A stretch of 64,000 nt of DNA from the human T2T-CHM13v2.0 reference genome, Homo sapiens, in NCBI RefSeq assembly GCF_009914755.1, contig NC_060935.1; one strand, given 5' to 3'. Under the pieces are notes generated by a model. The model made no database searches. It was not told the DNA's origin and saw nothing but the letters and a program-made list of their open reading frames with translations. Each line of letters starts with the position of its first letter. Position 1 is the stretch's first letter. Positions 20,952 to 64,000 of the stretch are shown here, piece after piece. The translations under genes and the position numbers were made by a program.

Positions 20952-23305
20952 AGCTCGCCCCCGCTCTCCGGACGGCCCCGGGGAAAGGGAGGGTGGGGCG
21001 CAGCGAGTCCGCGCGCGGGAGTCCTCAGTTACCCCGGGCGGGGGAGGGGAGCGTCCACCTCTACGCATGCGCCCCCAGCTTCCGCGGGAGGGAGGGGGCG
21101 GAAAAAGGAGGAGGAAGAGGGGCGGGCAAACTTGGAACTAACCAATGATAGCGGCGCTAGCCGGGATCTTGGCCGGCACAGAACTGGGGGCGGAATCGCG
21201 CGGGGCCTGAAGGGAGGGGTTTGGGCGCGGGAGCCGGGCAGGAGAAGACGGAAGTGGAGCGAGGACAAAATGGCTGCGAAGGTTGTTGCTCCCCTCCCCC
21301 ACCCACGTCCGAATCCTCCTTTCCATGCCCCACCTTCGTGTTCCAGACGGGCCTCTAAGTGCCCCGGGTTTCGCGAATCTGTATTTCATAGCGTGGCTTT
21401 GGACAAGGGCTGACCCCGAGGGGCTGGGGCGAAGGTTCCGGCTTCAGGGTGCCACTAGGGCTGCTCGCTCACGGCCCCCCAGGATTGGGATTGGAGGGAG
21501 CCGCCAGGCCGCCGCGGGGTGGGGCGGGTTAGCTCGGCAGGCCTCCCAGCACCTGCATTTCCCTACGGCAACTGTCGGGAGGCAGCCCCCGACGCAGAGG
21601 TTTAAGGGGCCCGGCTTTTCAGAACAGCCTCAGGACGCGGTCGTGTCTGGATCCCTCCGCGGAAAAGAAGGCGAAACCGCTTCTCTGAGCCCTGACCGTT
21701 AGGCCCCTTCCCACCTCCGTCTAGAACAGATTCGGCTTCTTGGCTCAGTCCTTCCCCAACTAGCCCAAGCCCTACATTTCCCCGTTGTTTATAAAATAAA
21801 CAGGTTTAAATGGTGGCGAGTGTGTTCTTGGTTAGGTGAACCAGGCATTAGGAATCATAGGTTCCAGTAGCCGTGCGTCCTTGATTTAGACTTTCTGAAC
21901 GTTTGTATTTTCAGTAACATGAGGTGATATCTTTCCTGGTTTGACTTTCATCAAAAATTAAACGACAGACCATACCGACGCTTTGAAAACGTGACTGAGC
22001 TGGTGCACAAAACAATGGTGCCTAGAATTTTGAATTGTGCAATGTTGTGCATGGCCGCGGATATGTGGGGCCTTGTGGTTCCAAGAGCCTGTCTCAGGTA
22101 CCTTGAACACTCCCTGTATCCTTTCAAGCAGGCGAGGTAGCTGTTATTCCTATTTAGTAGATAAATAGGCACCGATGGGGGAAAAGATTTTTTAAGGCTA
22201 CACCAAAAGAACTTTTAGTAGCAGGGCTGGAATTAGAAGGTCTCTAGACTGCGAAAAAGGCTGTCAGAAGAGCGAGGACATCTTGTCCTTGTCAAAGCCA
22301 GTAAAGGGTAGAGACAGACTCAAACATATGAAGAATTTCCTTTTCATATTTTCCTTTTGGGGAGGAATGTTGGCTTAGAGTTCATGGAGATATATTCTTA
22401 GCCTCTCCCACGTCCCAAGAATTTAATTTTATACAATGCTTTCACTACATACAAAATGCTTTCATTTGTCATTTAATCATCAACACAATTCTCTAAGGTG
22501 TGTATTATTCATCCCCATATCAGGGGAAAAATGCAGCTCAGAGATAATCATTTGTGGGAAGATAAGCAGCTGGGTAAGCTAGAATCAAATCTAGCTTTTT
22601 TTTGGTTCAAGATTTGTTTTATGTTTTTTGTTAGTTACGCTACAGTGTAATTTCCTTCCTGGAAATAAATTGAACTCAACTCCAGAAAGAGTTAAGATAT
22701 GTACTGTGAGCCACTGTTTTCAGTTTCCTTTGGTATTTGGAACCCCCAGTCCCCCACGCTAACTGCTAGTAATGTTATCTGGAATCTTTCTTTTCACACC
22801 CCAGTGCCTAGAGTTTAACAAGCACAAATTTTAAACTACACCCTGTGCTGTATTTTGCGTTTTTGTAATTATTTTAATCATTGAATAGTGGAAAATAGAA
22901 TTGGGGCGCACATCCACTTGTTTGGGATATCCCATCCAATAGCAGTGATAAAAGAAAGCAGAACAAATAACCTCTGTTTCTGGTTACTCTCAAAACGCGT
23001 TCTGGGACTTGGGCTATGTCTTATTAAATGGAATGATTTACCGTTTATATATTTAAAGCTCAGAATATGATAAAGGTCCTGTCTCCACCACTTCAAACGC
23101 ACAGGGTTTCAAATGACACAGTTAAGATCTAAAATTAAAGTTTGGTTGCATGGGACTGCAGTGGAGCCTAGAGCCTAGGACTTCTGACTGGATAAAAGGA
23201 TAATGATTTAACATTTTTGTGTGCCTACCACATGCCAGCCTTAACCTCATTTAATTCTCACCGTAAATCTAAGCGGTAGCAACTATTATGATCGTCATTT
23301 TGTAA

Positions 23306-27982
<4,677 letters not shown>

Positions 27983-28449
27983 TTATAGGGTTGATGTGAG
28001 TATGACATTGAGACAAAATGTATAATGTACTTAGTGTGACTGGCACGTGATGGCTCAGTAAGTGATGATTACTATTATTGCTGCTATTTTGCAATGACCT
28101 CTGTGAAGTTTTTTCCAGATGTATTTGAATCTCTTAGTGCATACTTTTCAGATTTATTTAAACCCCTTAGTGTGTGCTTCTCTGTTGGCACTTCACCTAG
28201 GCACAAAATACTTACTTAGTAATTATTATTTCATTAATTTTGATAAATCCTTAAGGACAGCAACTCTTGGTATCCCCTGTGCAACTTATACCTAGCATCT
28301 TGCCTTGTGAGAGAAAAAAGTAATTGGTAAATTCGTGACTGAAATTGATAAATAATAGATCGTATTCAGTCTGAGTTCTTCTGTTCTTCTGTTGGCAGCA
28401 AGCTGATAAACAAATTTCCATTCCAGGTTATATGAGCTTCAGCTTCTCC

Positions 28450-31400
28450 TACAGTATCACTTTTACTTGTTTATTTTTTAATTGCTGATACAGATGCATC
28501 CATAATAAATATTTGGTTTTTGTGATGCTGAAACACAGTCCCAATTACAAGGCAACTTAGAAGTTAAAACTGAAACTGAAATATAAACAGCTTAACACCA
28601 GAAGGAAGCAAAACTATATATGTCTTTTTGCAACAGCAGTTCCGAAATTGTTTTTATACACTGTAACAACAAAGGTACCAACTTCCTTATTTCACAAATT
28701 TAAGTTTGGTTTATATATTTTATTGACATGGTTACTCAATGTCCACATCATTCCATCTGCATCGTCTTCCTACAAACAGTTTTTCTTCTACTATTCGGTT
28801 ATTTCTCCTTTTTTTGTTTCCTATTTCAGAATCAAATTTATTTTACTTGCAAAGTCAGTGGAATATGGTTTGGAACCAGTAGGGCCTCTAACTTAAGCCC
28901 AGAACCTGTCAAAGAGAAGTGCAGTATCATTGCTAAGACTTGAACAGTTTATCTCTCAGAATCTTCAGTTCCTTTGAATTTCTCAGCTCTTAGTGTAATC
29001 TGTTTTATGTGTTTGTTGTAGACTTCCATTATGGATAGATTTCCAAAATAATTTGGGTAATCAACTGGTATTTTAGCATTCTGGTAACTAACATGTTTAA
29101 AAATCTAAGGCTCTTTTTCATGCAAAGGAGACTGATTTTTGCTTTCAAAAGCATAGGCAGGAAACCTTAGGTTCAAAGGTAGTAAATAATGATGAGCAAA
29201 TTGCTAGTGATGATACAGCTGCAGCTTCCGTTGTGTATTTGTTTGGCTCAGGTACTCTAGAAATGAGAATTCTTAGAATTACATAGCAGAAGTGATATGT
29301 TGCCTGGATACCACACTACCAGAGGAATAAAAATGTAGTTAGAGTAAGGGGTTTTATATTTTACAATGAGACAGTGTTAGTGTAAGAAGCATTCCAAATA
29401 CGCCAGTTCTCTTAAACCCATAGCAGACATTTATATGTTAATTCCTCAATGTCTCATTTCCCACCTTTTTTAGAGGAAGAAAATACTCAGGCTAAAACTT
29501 TCACCCAAGCATAAACTCCTGGGGACTTTACAAGAATTTTGTTTTTTGCACTATGTGACGACACGATTGTGAGAATTAAATATAGGAGTGAAAAACCAGA
29601 GAAATGGGGCAAAATCCCAGATTAGTCTTTCCTCTTTAAGCATCTGCTTCCCATTTTAGAAACATGCTTTCATCACCACATTCAGCATCAATTTTTTTCT
29701 TTCCTCTAACCTGCTCTTCTTTTAAAAAGTATTCTGGGCCGGGCATGGTGGCTCACACCTGTAATCCTAGCACTTTGTGGGGCCGAGGTGGGTGGATCAC
29801 CTGAGGTCAGGCGTTTTGAGACCAGCCTGGTCAACATGGCGAAACCCCATCTCTACTAAAAATACAAAAATTAGCTGTACGTGGTGGCGCACACCTATAA
29901 TCCAAGCTACTTGGGGGACTGAGGAAGGAGAATCGCTTGAACTCGGGAGGTGGAGGTCGCAGTGAGCCGAGATGCGCCACTGCACTCCAGCCTGCGTGAT
30001 GAGAGCAAGACTGCATCTCAAAAAAAAAAGTATTCTGAGCCAGGTGCAGTGGCTTCCAGCACTGTGGGAGGCCAAGGGTGGGTAGGTCACTTGAGGTCAG
30101 GAGCTTGAGACAAGCCTGGCCAACATGGAGAAACCCTGTCTCTATCAGAACTCCAAAAATTAGCTGGGTGTGATGGCAGGCACCTGTAATACCAGCGACT
30201 CAGGAGGACAAGGCAGGAGAATCACTTGAACCCAAGAGGCGGACGCTGCAGTGAGCTGAGATGGTGCCACTGCACTCCAGCCTGGGCAACAGAGCGAGAC
30301 TTCGTCTCAAAAAAAAAAAAGTTTTCTACTCTCCCAGAGGTGATCAGTTGACATTTGTGCTAGGGTCCTTGAAGAGCTGATTCAGGTCCAGCATTTGTGC
30401 TGTAGGTATCAAGAGTAATCAAAACTATTAAAAAGGCAAGTTATTGTATTGCAGGCTGCTGTTTTCTTTATTTCTCAAACATCTTTCTTCTCCCATTCAT
30501 CAACTCTTCAGCAGCTATCCTGGTGAGTTATTTTTGCTAAATCTTTCCAAGATACAACTAAAATGTTAGCAGGCACTAGCTCAGCCCTCTCCTGCCACCC
30601 ACTACTTATTCTCATCTCTTCCCTAAATATTAGTACCCTTTTCTTCCAGCCCAGAGCTAGACTTCTGGATGCTGAGCCTGGGAAAATACTGAATTTCTCT
30701 CATTTTTCACTTTTAGGAGGGAACGGTTATGGCATATACTTGCAGTGCCATTAGAAGCATTGGCAATCCCTGATCTTTTTGATAGTTTAAGGCTTAGAAT
30801 CATCAAAAGTTCCAGGTTCATATCCTTCTAAAATGGAAGAAATGGAGGAAGTTCCAAGTGTGGTACAATACTGAACTTCCTTTTATCCTTCCTTGATTTT
30901 TTTTTTTTTTTGAGATGGAGTCTTGCTTTGTCACCCAGGCTGGAGTGCAATGGCATAATCTTGGCTCACTGCAACCTCCACCTGCTGGATTTTCCTACAG
31001 GTGCCTGGCACCATGCCCGGCTACCTTCCTTGACATATTAAGAGAAAACTGATCTAATCTCCCTTTCTAGTCCACCCAGTCTTGCAATTCTGGTTTCACA
31101 TTTTCTCAGAAAGAAGAGACTATAATGGTATGTTGGGTAATCTTTCAGCATTCCTAGATCCCTTTTTCTCTAGAAGAATTCTTTCTAAGGACGTTGATAA
31201 ATGACATGTTGTATTTTCTCCTTCCAGAAATATCTAGCAGGAAAGTCCTTAGAGGCATCTGATTTGAGGGGAAATCCACAATTGCTCCATTATATATTTC
31301 TAATGTTTGTCAACAATCCTCATAACATCATGAAGATGGAAAGCTCTTCACAATCCTTTGTCACAAATTTTCGTCTCCTTTCATAGTTATTTTGGGCTCA

Positions 31401-32058
31401 ATACAAATAGTGAGATTAGTATAGAGTGGGAGAAACTCATTCACTCTTCTCCATCTCCCACTATTTCAACTCCCCTTGAAATTAATATCCAAACCTTATG
31501 ACAAATGAAGTTAAGTCAGAATAGAAGACACATGTTTCCTTTTTTGGAGTTTCTTAGAAGTGGTTAGCTCAGTACATGGTGTAGACAGGTGTAATAAGGC
31601 TGTGGGTTCTGCTTGACTGTCTGAATAACTAATAATCCAATAAGTTTGCAGAAATGCATAGAAAATTTACAAACAGCATCCCATTTCCTCTTGAAAATTG
31701 TGAATCAAAGCACTGATACAAAATATCCCACATTAAAAGTTTTAGGTATATTCACCTCACCTTTCCCCAACCTTCTCACCACAGGTCCTGGTCAACAAAT
31801 AGATTTGGACTCCTGCTTTCCCTTACTCTGGTCTAAAGGCACAATAAGATGCCTTTTTACAGATGAATCAGCTTACATCCTTTTGCTTGTTTGGTATTGT
31901 ATAAGGAAAATGCTCATCTGAATCTGTTCCGTGCAATGCTCACTGCTACTTAGATGACCTCTCATCTGGTTGTGTGGCTGGTGACTTGAGCTCCAATGAC
32001 GAGAAGAGTCCAAAGACCCTGACTCCTAGGAAAGCGTGGGAGTCAAGTCCATTGTAAT
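28450..32058 (-). other. CLMP: CLMP long 3'UTR (~3.6 kb)
   Basis: AT-rich, largely unique sequence after the stop; AATAAA signals (minus) at 28837..28842, 28719..28724 and 28470..28475. The distal end is inferred. Confidence 0.7.
29737..30320 (+). mobile_element. Two tandem Alus in CLMP 3'UTR
   Basis: First Alu flanked by TSD aaaaagtattctg (29724..29736 / 30025..30037). Confidence 0.92.
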
Positions 32059-56528
<24,470 letters not shown>

Positions 56529-56822
56529 CTGGAAGAGGAAAATCTTTAATGAGTAATGCAGAGACTGGATGGCAATGTGTGGGGAGCAAATATGACAACA
56601 AAGAATTATGGGATGTTCCCGTGGGCAAGTGCATGTGGAGGGGTTGCAAGAGTCCTAGACCAGGTGTACTAGAAGTCCTGGTCTCACACTGGCTCCTCCG
56701 TTAACTGAATTCATCACATCTTCTTTAACCACCCCAAATTACATCCTACTAGTGCCTGTCTTTCTTACCTTACTTGGTCTTTATGAACAATGAAATTGCT
56801 CATGTTAACTTTTTTTTTTTGA

Positions 56823-56927
<105 letters not shown>

Positions 56928-56930
56928 TGA

Positions 56931-57125
<195 letters not shown>

Positions 57126-57246
57126 TAGAGAGATTGAGTGTCTCTCTGATGACCAGGCTGGAGTTCAGTGGTGCAATCATGGCTCATTGCACCCTCGACC
57201 TCACCAATTCAAGAGATCCTCCCACCTCAGGCTCCAGAGAAGCTAA

Positions 57247-57483
<237 letters not shown>

Positions 57484-58727
57484 TAGTCTTGAACTCTTGA
57501 CCTCACCATCCACCCTCCTCAGCCTCCCAAAGTGCTGGGATTGCAGGCGTGAGCCACCGCGTCCGGCCGTGCTGGCTAATTTTTTGTAGAGACAGGGTCT
57601 TGCTCTGTTATTATGCCAGGTCCCAGGTTACTTCTGGGCTGAAGCGATTCTCCAACCTTGGCCTCACAAAGTGCTAGAATTGCAGGCATGAGCCACCGTG
57701 CCTGGAAACAACTGTGTTTTTGATCTTTCTGTCTTCTATTAGCAGAGGCTTCCAAGAAGATGATACTCATGGAAACTGCACTAAGTTGCCCAGAAACTCA
57801 TGTTCTTAAGTTATAGAGTCATAGCCATTTGAAGCTGGAGAAAACCTTAGAGATGAACCTTCTTACTTTCTTTAAGTCTAGTAACAGTTGTTGCTGACCA
57901 GTAGCATATATTTAGAAGGATGAAAAGACAATTACACAAATACTGTAGTATAAAGGGAAATTATTTATGATCAAAGGGCTATGCAAATTTAGAGGAGAGA
58001 AATTATAGGCAATTAATTATAGGGTTCAGGAAAAGCTGAAATCCTTCCAGGGTTTTGTAAATATTAGAAACAGAGTATGTAAATCATCTAGCATAGTGTT
58101 TAGCACTGAGTGGCTCTGAATAAAAGGCAATTTATTTTATTATGGAGAAGGTGACATTTGATATGGAGCTTGGAAAATGGAATTCATGTGGATAGAATAG
58201 AGGAGGAGGAAAGGTGTTGAGATGTTGGGGGAGATGATGGGATCAAAAGCACAGGATGGGAGAGGCGGTGGGGGGCGGATATTCAGTGAATGGTAATAGT
58301 TCAGCTTGGCTGGTGTGAAGAAGAAATGTGGAAAAATAAAACAAATTATGCGGGAAAAGTGAAGCAGTTGATGGGATAAAAGTCCTTTCTTGCCGCAGTG
58401 AGCACAGTGACATGATCTCTTGCTTAAGGAAGAGATAATTTAGGAGTTGTGTGTTGAATGCACAGGAAAAGGGAAATATTGAGACATACATTTGTGAAAA
58501 TGCTATTAGATTTTTCCAAGTAAGAGATACTGCTCTAGGATAGTGGTGAAGGCAGTAAAAAGCAAATGATGGATTTGCGAGGTAATGTGATAGTCAAAAC
58601 TACGGAATATAGTAACTGACTGGATCTAAGAGGAGAAAGAAAAAGGATTCAAAAGCGAAGACTGGGCCGGGCACGGTGGCTCACGCCTGTAATCCCAGCA
58701 CTTTGGGAGGCTGAGGAGGGCAGATCA

Positions 58728-59055
<328 letters not shown>

Positions 59056-59604
59056 TTATTTGGGGGTGAGCTGGGGAGGGTAGGCACTGAGTTTAGATTC
59101 AAGTCCATTGTGATGCAGGCATCTGTCCAACAGGCATCCCTGTGTTCTTTCCCCAGCCACGGCGCCTCCCTTTCCACTGCTGATGCTCACACAGCTCTGC
59201 AAATAGTGTCCACCCTCAGTTGTTGTGTTAGAGGAAGTCACAGCCCTGCTTTGCTTTATTTCTTTATTTTTCATTTCTCTTGTGCCTCTAAATGAAGCTC
59301 TTGGAAACACTTCTGTTCCATCCATTATGCCTGGGCTAAACTGTCTCAGGTCCCTTAATTTCTCTGCTTTTTCCCAAAAACACTTTTTTTTTCCTCCCAC
59401 TGAGACAGGAAGTCAGGGCTTGGCATCCTCCCCAAAACAGGCTTCAATACCAGGTCACGGGCTGGGTTCCAGGTTGCTCCTTAGAGCCTTCCTAGAGACA
59501 GGTTACTACCCTCCTCCCCCACCGCCTGCCCCCGACCTCTCTGTGAGTGCAGAAATACCTTGGGGAACAAGTGGGCTCTTACAAGGAGTTCCTGCCTCCC
59601 TTAG

Positions 59605-60035
<431 letters not shown>

Positions 60036-60204
60036 TAGCAGCCAATCTGTGGGAAGGAAAATGGCTTCCGGTATTCTTGCTTTCAGGGAAATGAGATGAA
60101 GAAGAATGGAGCAGGGGAGATTGTGCTTCATTCTGCAGCAAGGCTGCTTGGGCTGAGACTGCTGGGGAGGAGCCCTCAGAGGCATCTGAAACGGCCTTGG
60201 CAAG

Positions 60205-60984
<780 letters not shown>

Positions 60985-61177
60985 TGAGTAGCTGGGACTA
61001 CAGGCATGTGCCACCACACCCAGCTAATTTTTGTATTTTTAGTAGAGACAGGGTTTCACCACGTTGGCCAAGATGGTCTCAATCTCCTGACCTCGTGATC
61101 CGCCCACCTCGGCCTCCCAAAGTGATGGGATTACAGGTGACAGCCACCGTGCCCAGCCAGGTTTTTTTTTTCTTTGA

Positions 61178-61488
<311 letters not shown>

Positions 61489-62897
61489 TAAGCTCTTTGA
61501 CATCAAGTACCATTCATTGCTGCCTTCTCATAGTACTCAGCCCAGGGTCTCACACTGCAGGTGTTCAATTAATATTTGTTGAATTTATCTGAGTGTAACC
61601 CACACGCTCATTTTTACCAATGAGCAAACTAAGACCCAGGGGTAAAAGAGACAGCCCAAGGTCCTACAACTCATTTAGCGGCAGAAATAACCCATATAAT
61701 AACCCATCCTCCCAGAATTACTATAAAGCAGCTTTAGAATAGCTGGGAAATTCACTGGTTTGCACTGTACTAAGCTAAGCTTTGTTAAGAAGGAGCTTTG
61801 TAAGAAGGAGCTCTGGCTTAACCCTGATCACTTTCCACCGGACACAAAAATGCTCAAATGAAACCAGTGCCCTACATTCCAGGCAGAGCTAGAGAACCCA
61901 GCACCAATTTAGTGCATACAATAGATACTTAAACATTCAATAACAAATGCCAAGAGCCAGCTATGAAAGTTGCCAATTTAAGCCACTAGAGGGAATCAAA
62001 GGCTCAGATTCGTCTGATGTCCCCAAAAAACTGGAACATTGTGGCGGGTGGTGTGCTTTGACAGTCAGCCAAGTCCTATTTATACCATATCCAGAATTAA
62101 ATACAGCAGTGCAGGGAGGAGCCCCTCTGTGAATACAAATGGCTTCATCAAGGCAGGGAGCCATGAGATCAGGGCGCATACACTTCTAGTCTTCCTTGAA
62201 CTTCAGTTCGTTAGACTCCAGGAGGCCACTGAGATTTCTACAGATTTCTAAGGTCCTTCTCCTTCTGTCCCTTTTTTTTTCTTTCTTTCTTTCTTTATTT
62301 TTACATTAAAGCTTTTACATTTTTTTACATTGCTCAAAGGGTCTTCTGTACTTTTTTTTCTTTTCTTTTTTAAACCCACCTAAGCAGAGAGGGGCCTGGG
62401 TTCTGTCTCTTTTTTTTTTTTTGAGACAGAGTGTCACTCTGTTGCCCAGGCTAGAGTGCAGTCGCGCAATCTCGGCTCACTGCAACCTCTGCCTCCCAGG
62501 TTAAAGTGATTGTTGTGCCTCAGCCTCCTGAGTAGCGGGGATTACAGGCATGCACCACCATGCCTGGCTAATTTTTGTATTTTTAGTAGAGACGGGATTT
62601 CACTGCGTTGGCCAAGCTGGTTTCAAACTCCTGACCTCAGGTGATCAGCCCGCCTCGGCCTCCCAAAGTGCTGGGATTACAGGCCTGAGCCACCATGCCT
62701 GGCTTTTTTTTTTTTTTTTTTTTTTTTTTTAATCCAGATTCTCCCTCTGTAGCCCAGGCTGGAGTGCAGTGCTGTGATCTCGGGTTCATGAGTAACTGGG
62801 ATTACAGGGTTGCACCACCCACCGAGCTATTTTTTTTAGTAGAGATGGGGTTTCTCCATGTTGACCAGGCTGGTCTCAAACTCCTGGCCTCAAGTGA

Positions 62898-63200
<303 letters not shown>

Positions 63201-63920
63201 TGATCCACCCGCCTCAGCCTCCCAAAGTGCTGGGATTACAGGTGTGAGCCACCGCGTCCGGCCTCTGTCTTTAACTCCAAGGCTTAGCAGTGCTCATGGG
63301 GGCTGCTGAGCTTGTCTGCCATCTGATGGGTGAGAGGAAAGGGGCAGTCTGACCATCCTGTGGCTAGCCTTGGATTGCGTGGGCACTGGAAGATTCATCT
63401 TTGTTAGGAAAGACTTTAGAGATCATCAGTTTAACTTATGAGGAGATTGCACCCCAGAGAATTGAGATGTCACGTCACAAAACTAATTAGTGGCAGAATT
63501 GCAAGTAAGGGAATAGTCTCTGCTAGGATTCTGTTGCAGCATTTACCTATGGGAAGAGGTGCTGAGTGGTGGCAGTGGTAAGGACTGCCTCCTTAGGCAC
63601 AGGCAGAATGCCTTCAGGGAAGCCGCAAGCTCTCCCTAAGTGGGAGCTTTTGCATGCACCTCAGGCACTTATCAAAGGACCTCTGGGAGCTTGAGAAAAT
63701 TACCTTCTGAGCCTTAGTGTTTCCATCCGCAAAATGGGAATTAAAGAAGACACTGAGGAAAGCAGCTAGCATTGTGAAAGCACACAGGAGTCTCCCATTA
63801 AAATGTTAGTTCTCTTCCCCTGCTCATCTCTGCTAGAAGGGACTTTTTCTCACATGACTGCTGCCTACACTCAATTAAGAGTAGTTTAAAGTTTTATCCT
63901 CTAAAAGGTATTTACATTTA

Positions 63921-64000
63921 TTTCCTTCCCTTCCCTCCCTGCCTTCCTTCCTTCCTTCCTTCCTTCCTCTCTCTCTCTTTCTTTCTTCTTTTCTTTCTTT
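63921..64000 (+). repeat. (TTCC)n/(CT)n/(CTTT)n polypyrimidine simple repeat
   Basis: Seen directly. Confidence 0.9.

Larger units (their letters stand above)
20050..21720. promoter_or_regulatory. CpG island over HSPA8 promoter/exon 1/intron 1
   Basis: Visibly high GC and CpG density relative to CpG-depleted flanks; boundaries approximate. Confidence 0.85.

Noticed and set aside
20151-21702. GC-rich ORFs over the HSPA8 promoter (up to 139 aa)
   Set aside because: Expected from stop-codon scarcity in a CpG island; Pro/Arg/Ala-rich low-complexity products with no recognisable family.

Overview
Human (primate) genomic DNA at the HSPA8/CLMP locus (11q24.1 by gene identity). The minus strand carries the complete HSPA8 (HSC70) gene. 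It has 9 exons and a 1941-nt CDS (646 aa, reconstructed exon by exon with GT-AG junctions). Its CpG-island promoter has a TATA-like box, two perfect heat-shock elements and CCAAT boxes, and there are three U14/SNORD14 snoRNAs in introns 5, 6 and 8. Also on the minus strand are CLMP exons 2-7 and a ~3.6-kb 3'UTR; CLMP exon 1 lies beyond the window end. Left of HSPA8 are processed pseudogenes of RPS26 (split by two Alus) and RPL31, a strong CTCF motif, and a repeat-free, homeobox-motif-rich, CpG-retaining segment that may be a developmental enhancer. The rest is very Alu-dense, with L1/L2/MIR/MaLR/ERV fragments. The most unusual signal is a 146-nt element present twice in HSPA8, in introns 1 and 3 (~86% identity, with a 68-nt core carrying one mismatch). 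It shows hairpin potential with a compensatory base-pair change, retained CpGs and shared TF motifs. The intron-1 copy also has splice signals that would create a uORF-bearing poison exon. It may be an unannotated HSPA8 regulatory or ncRNA module.
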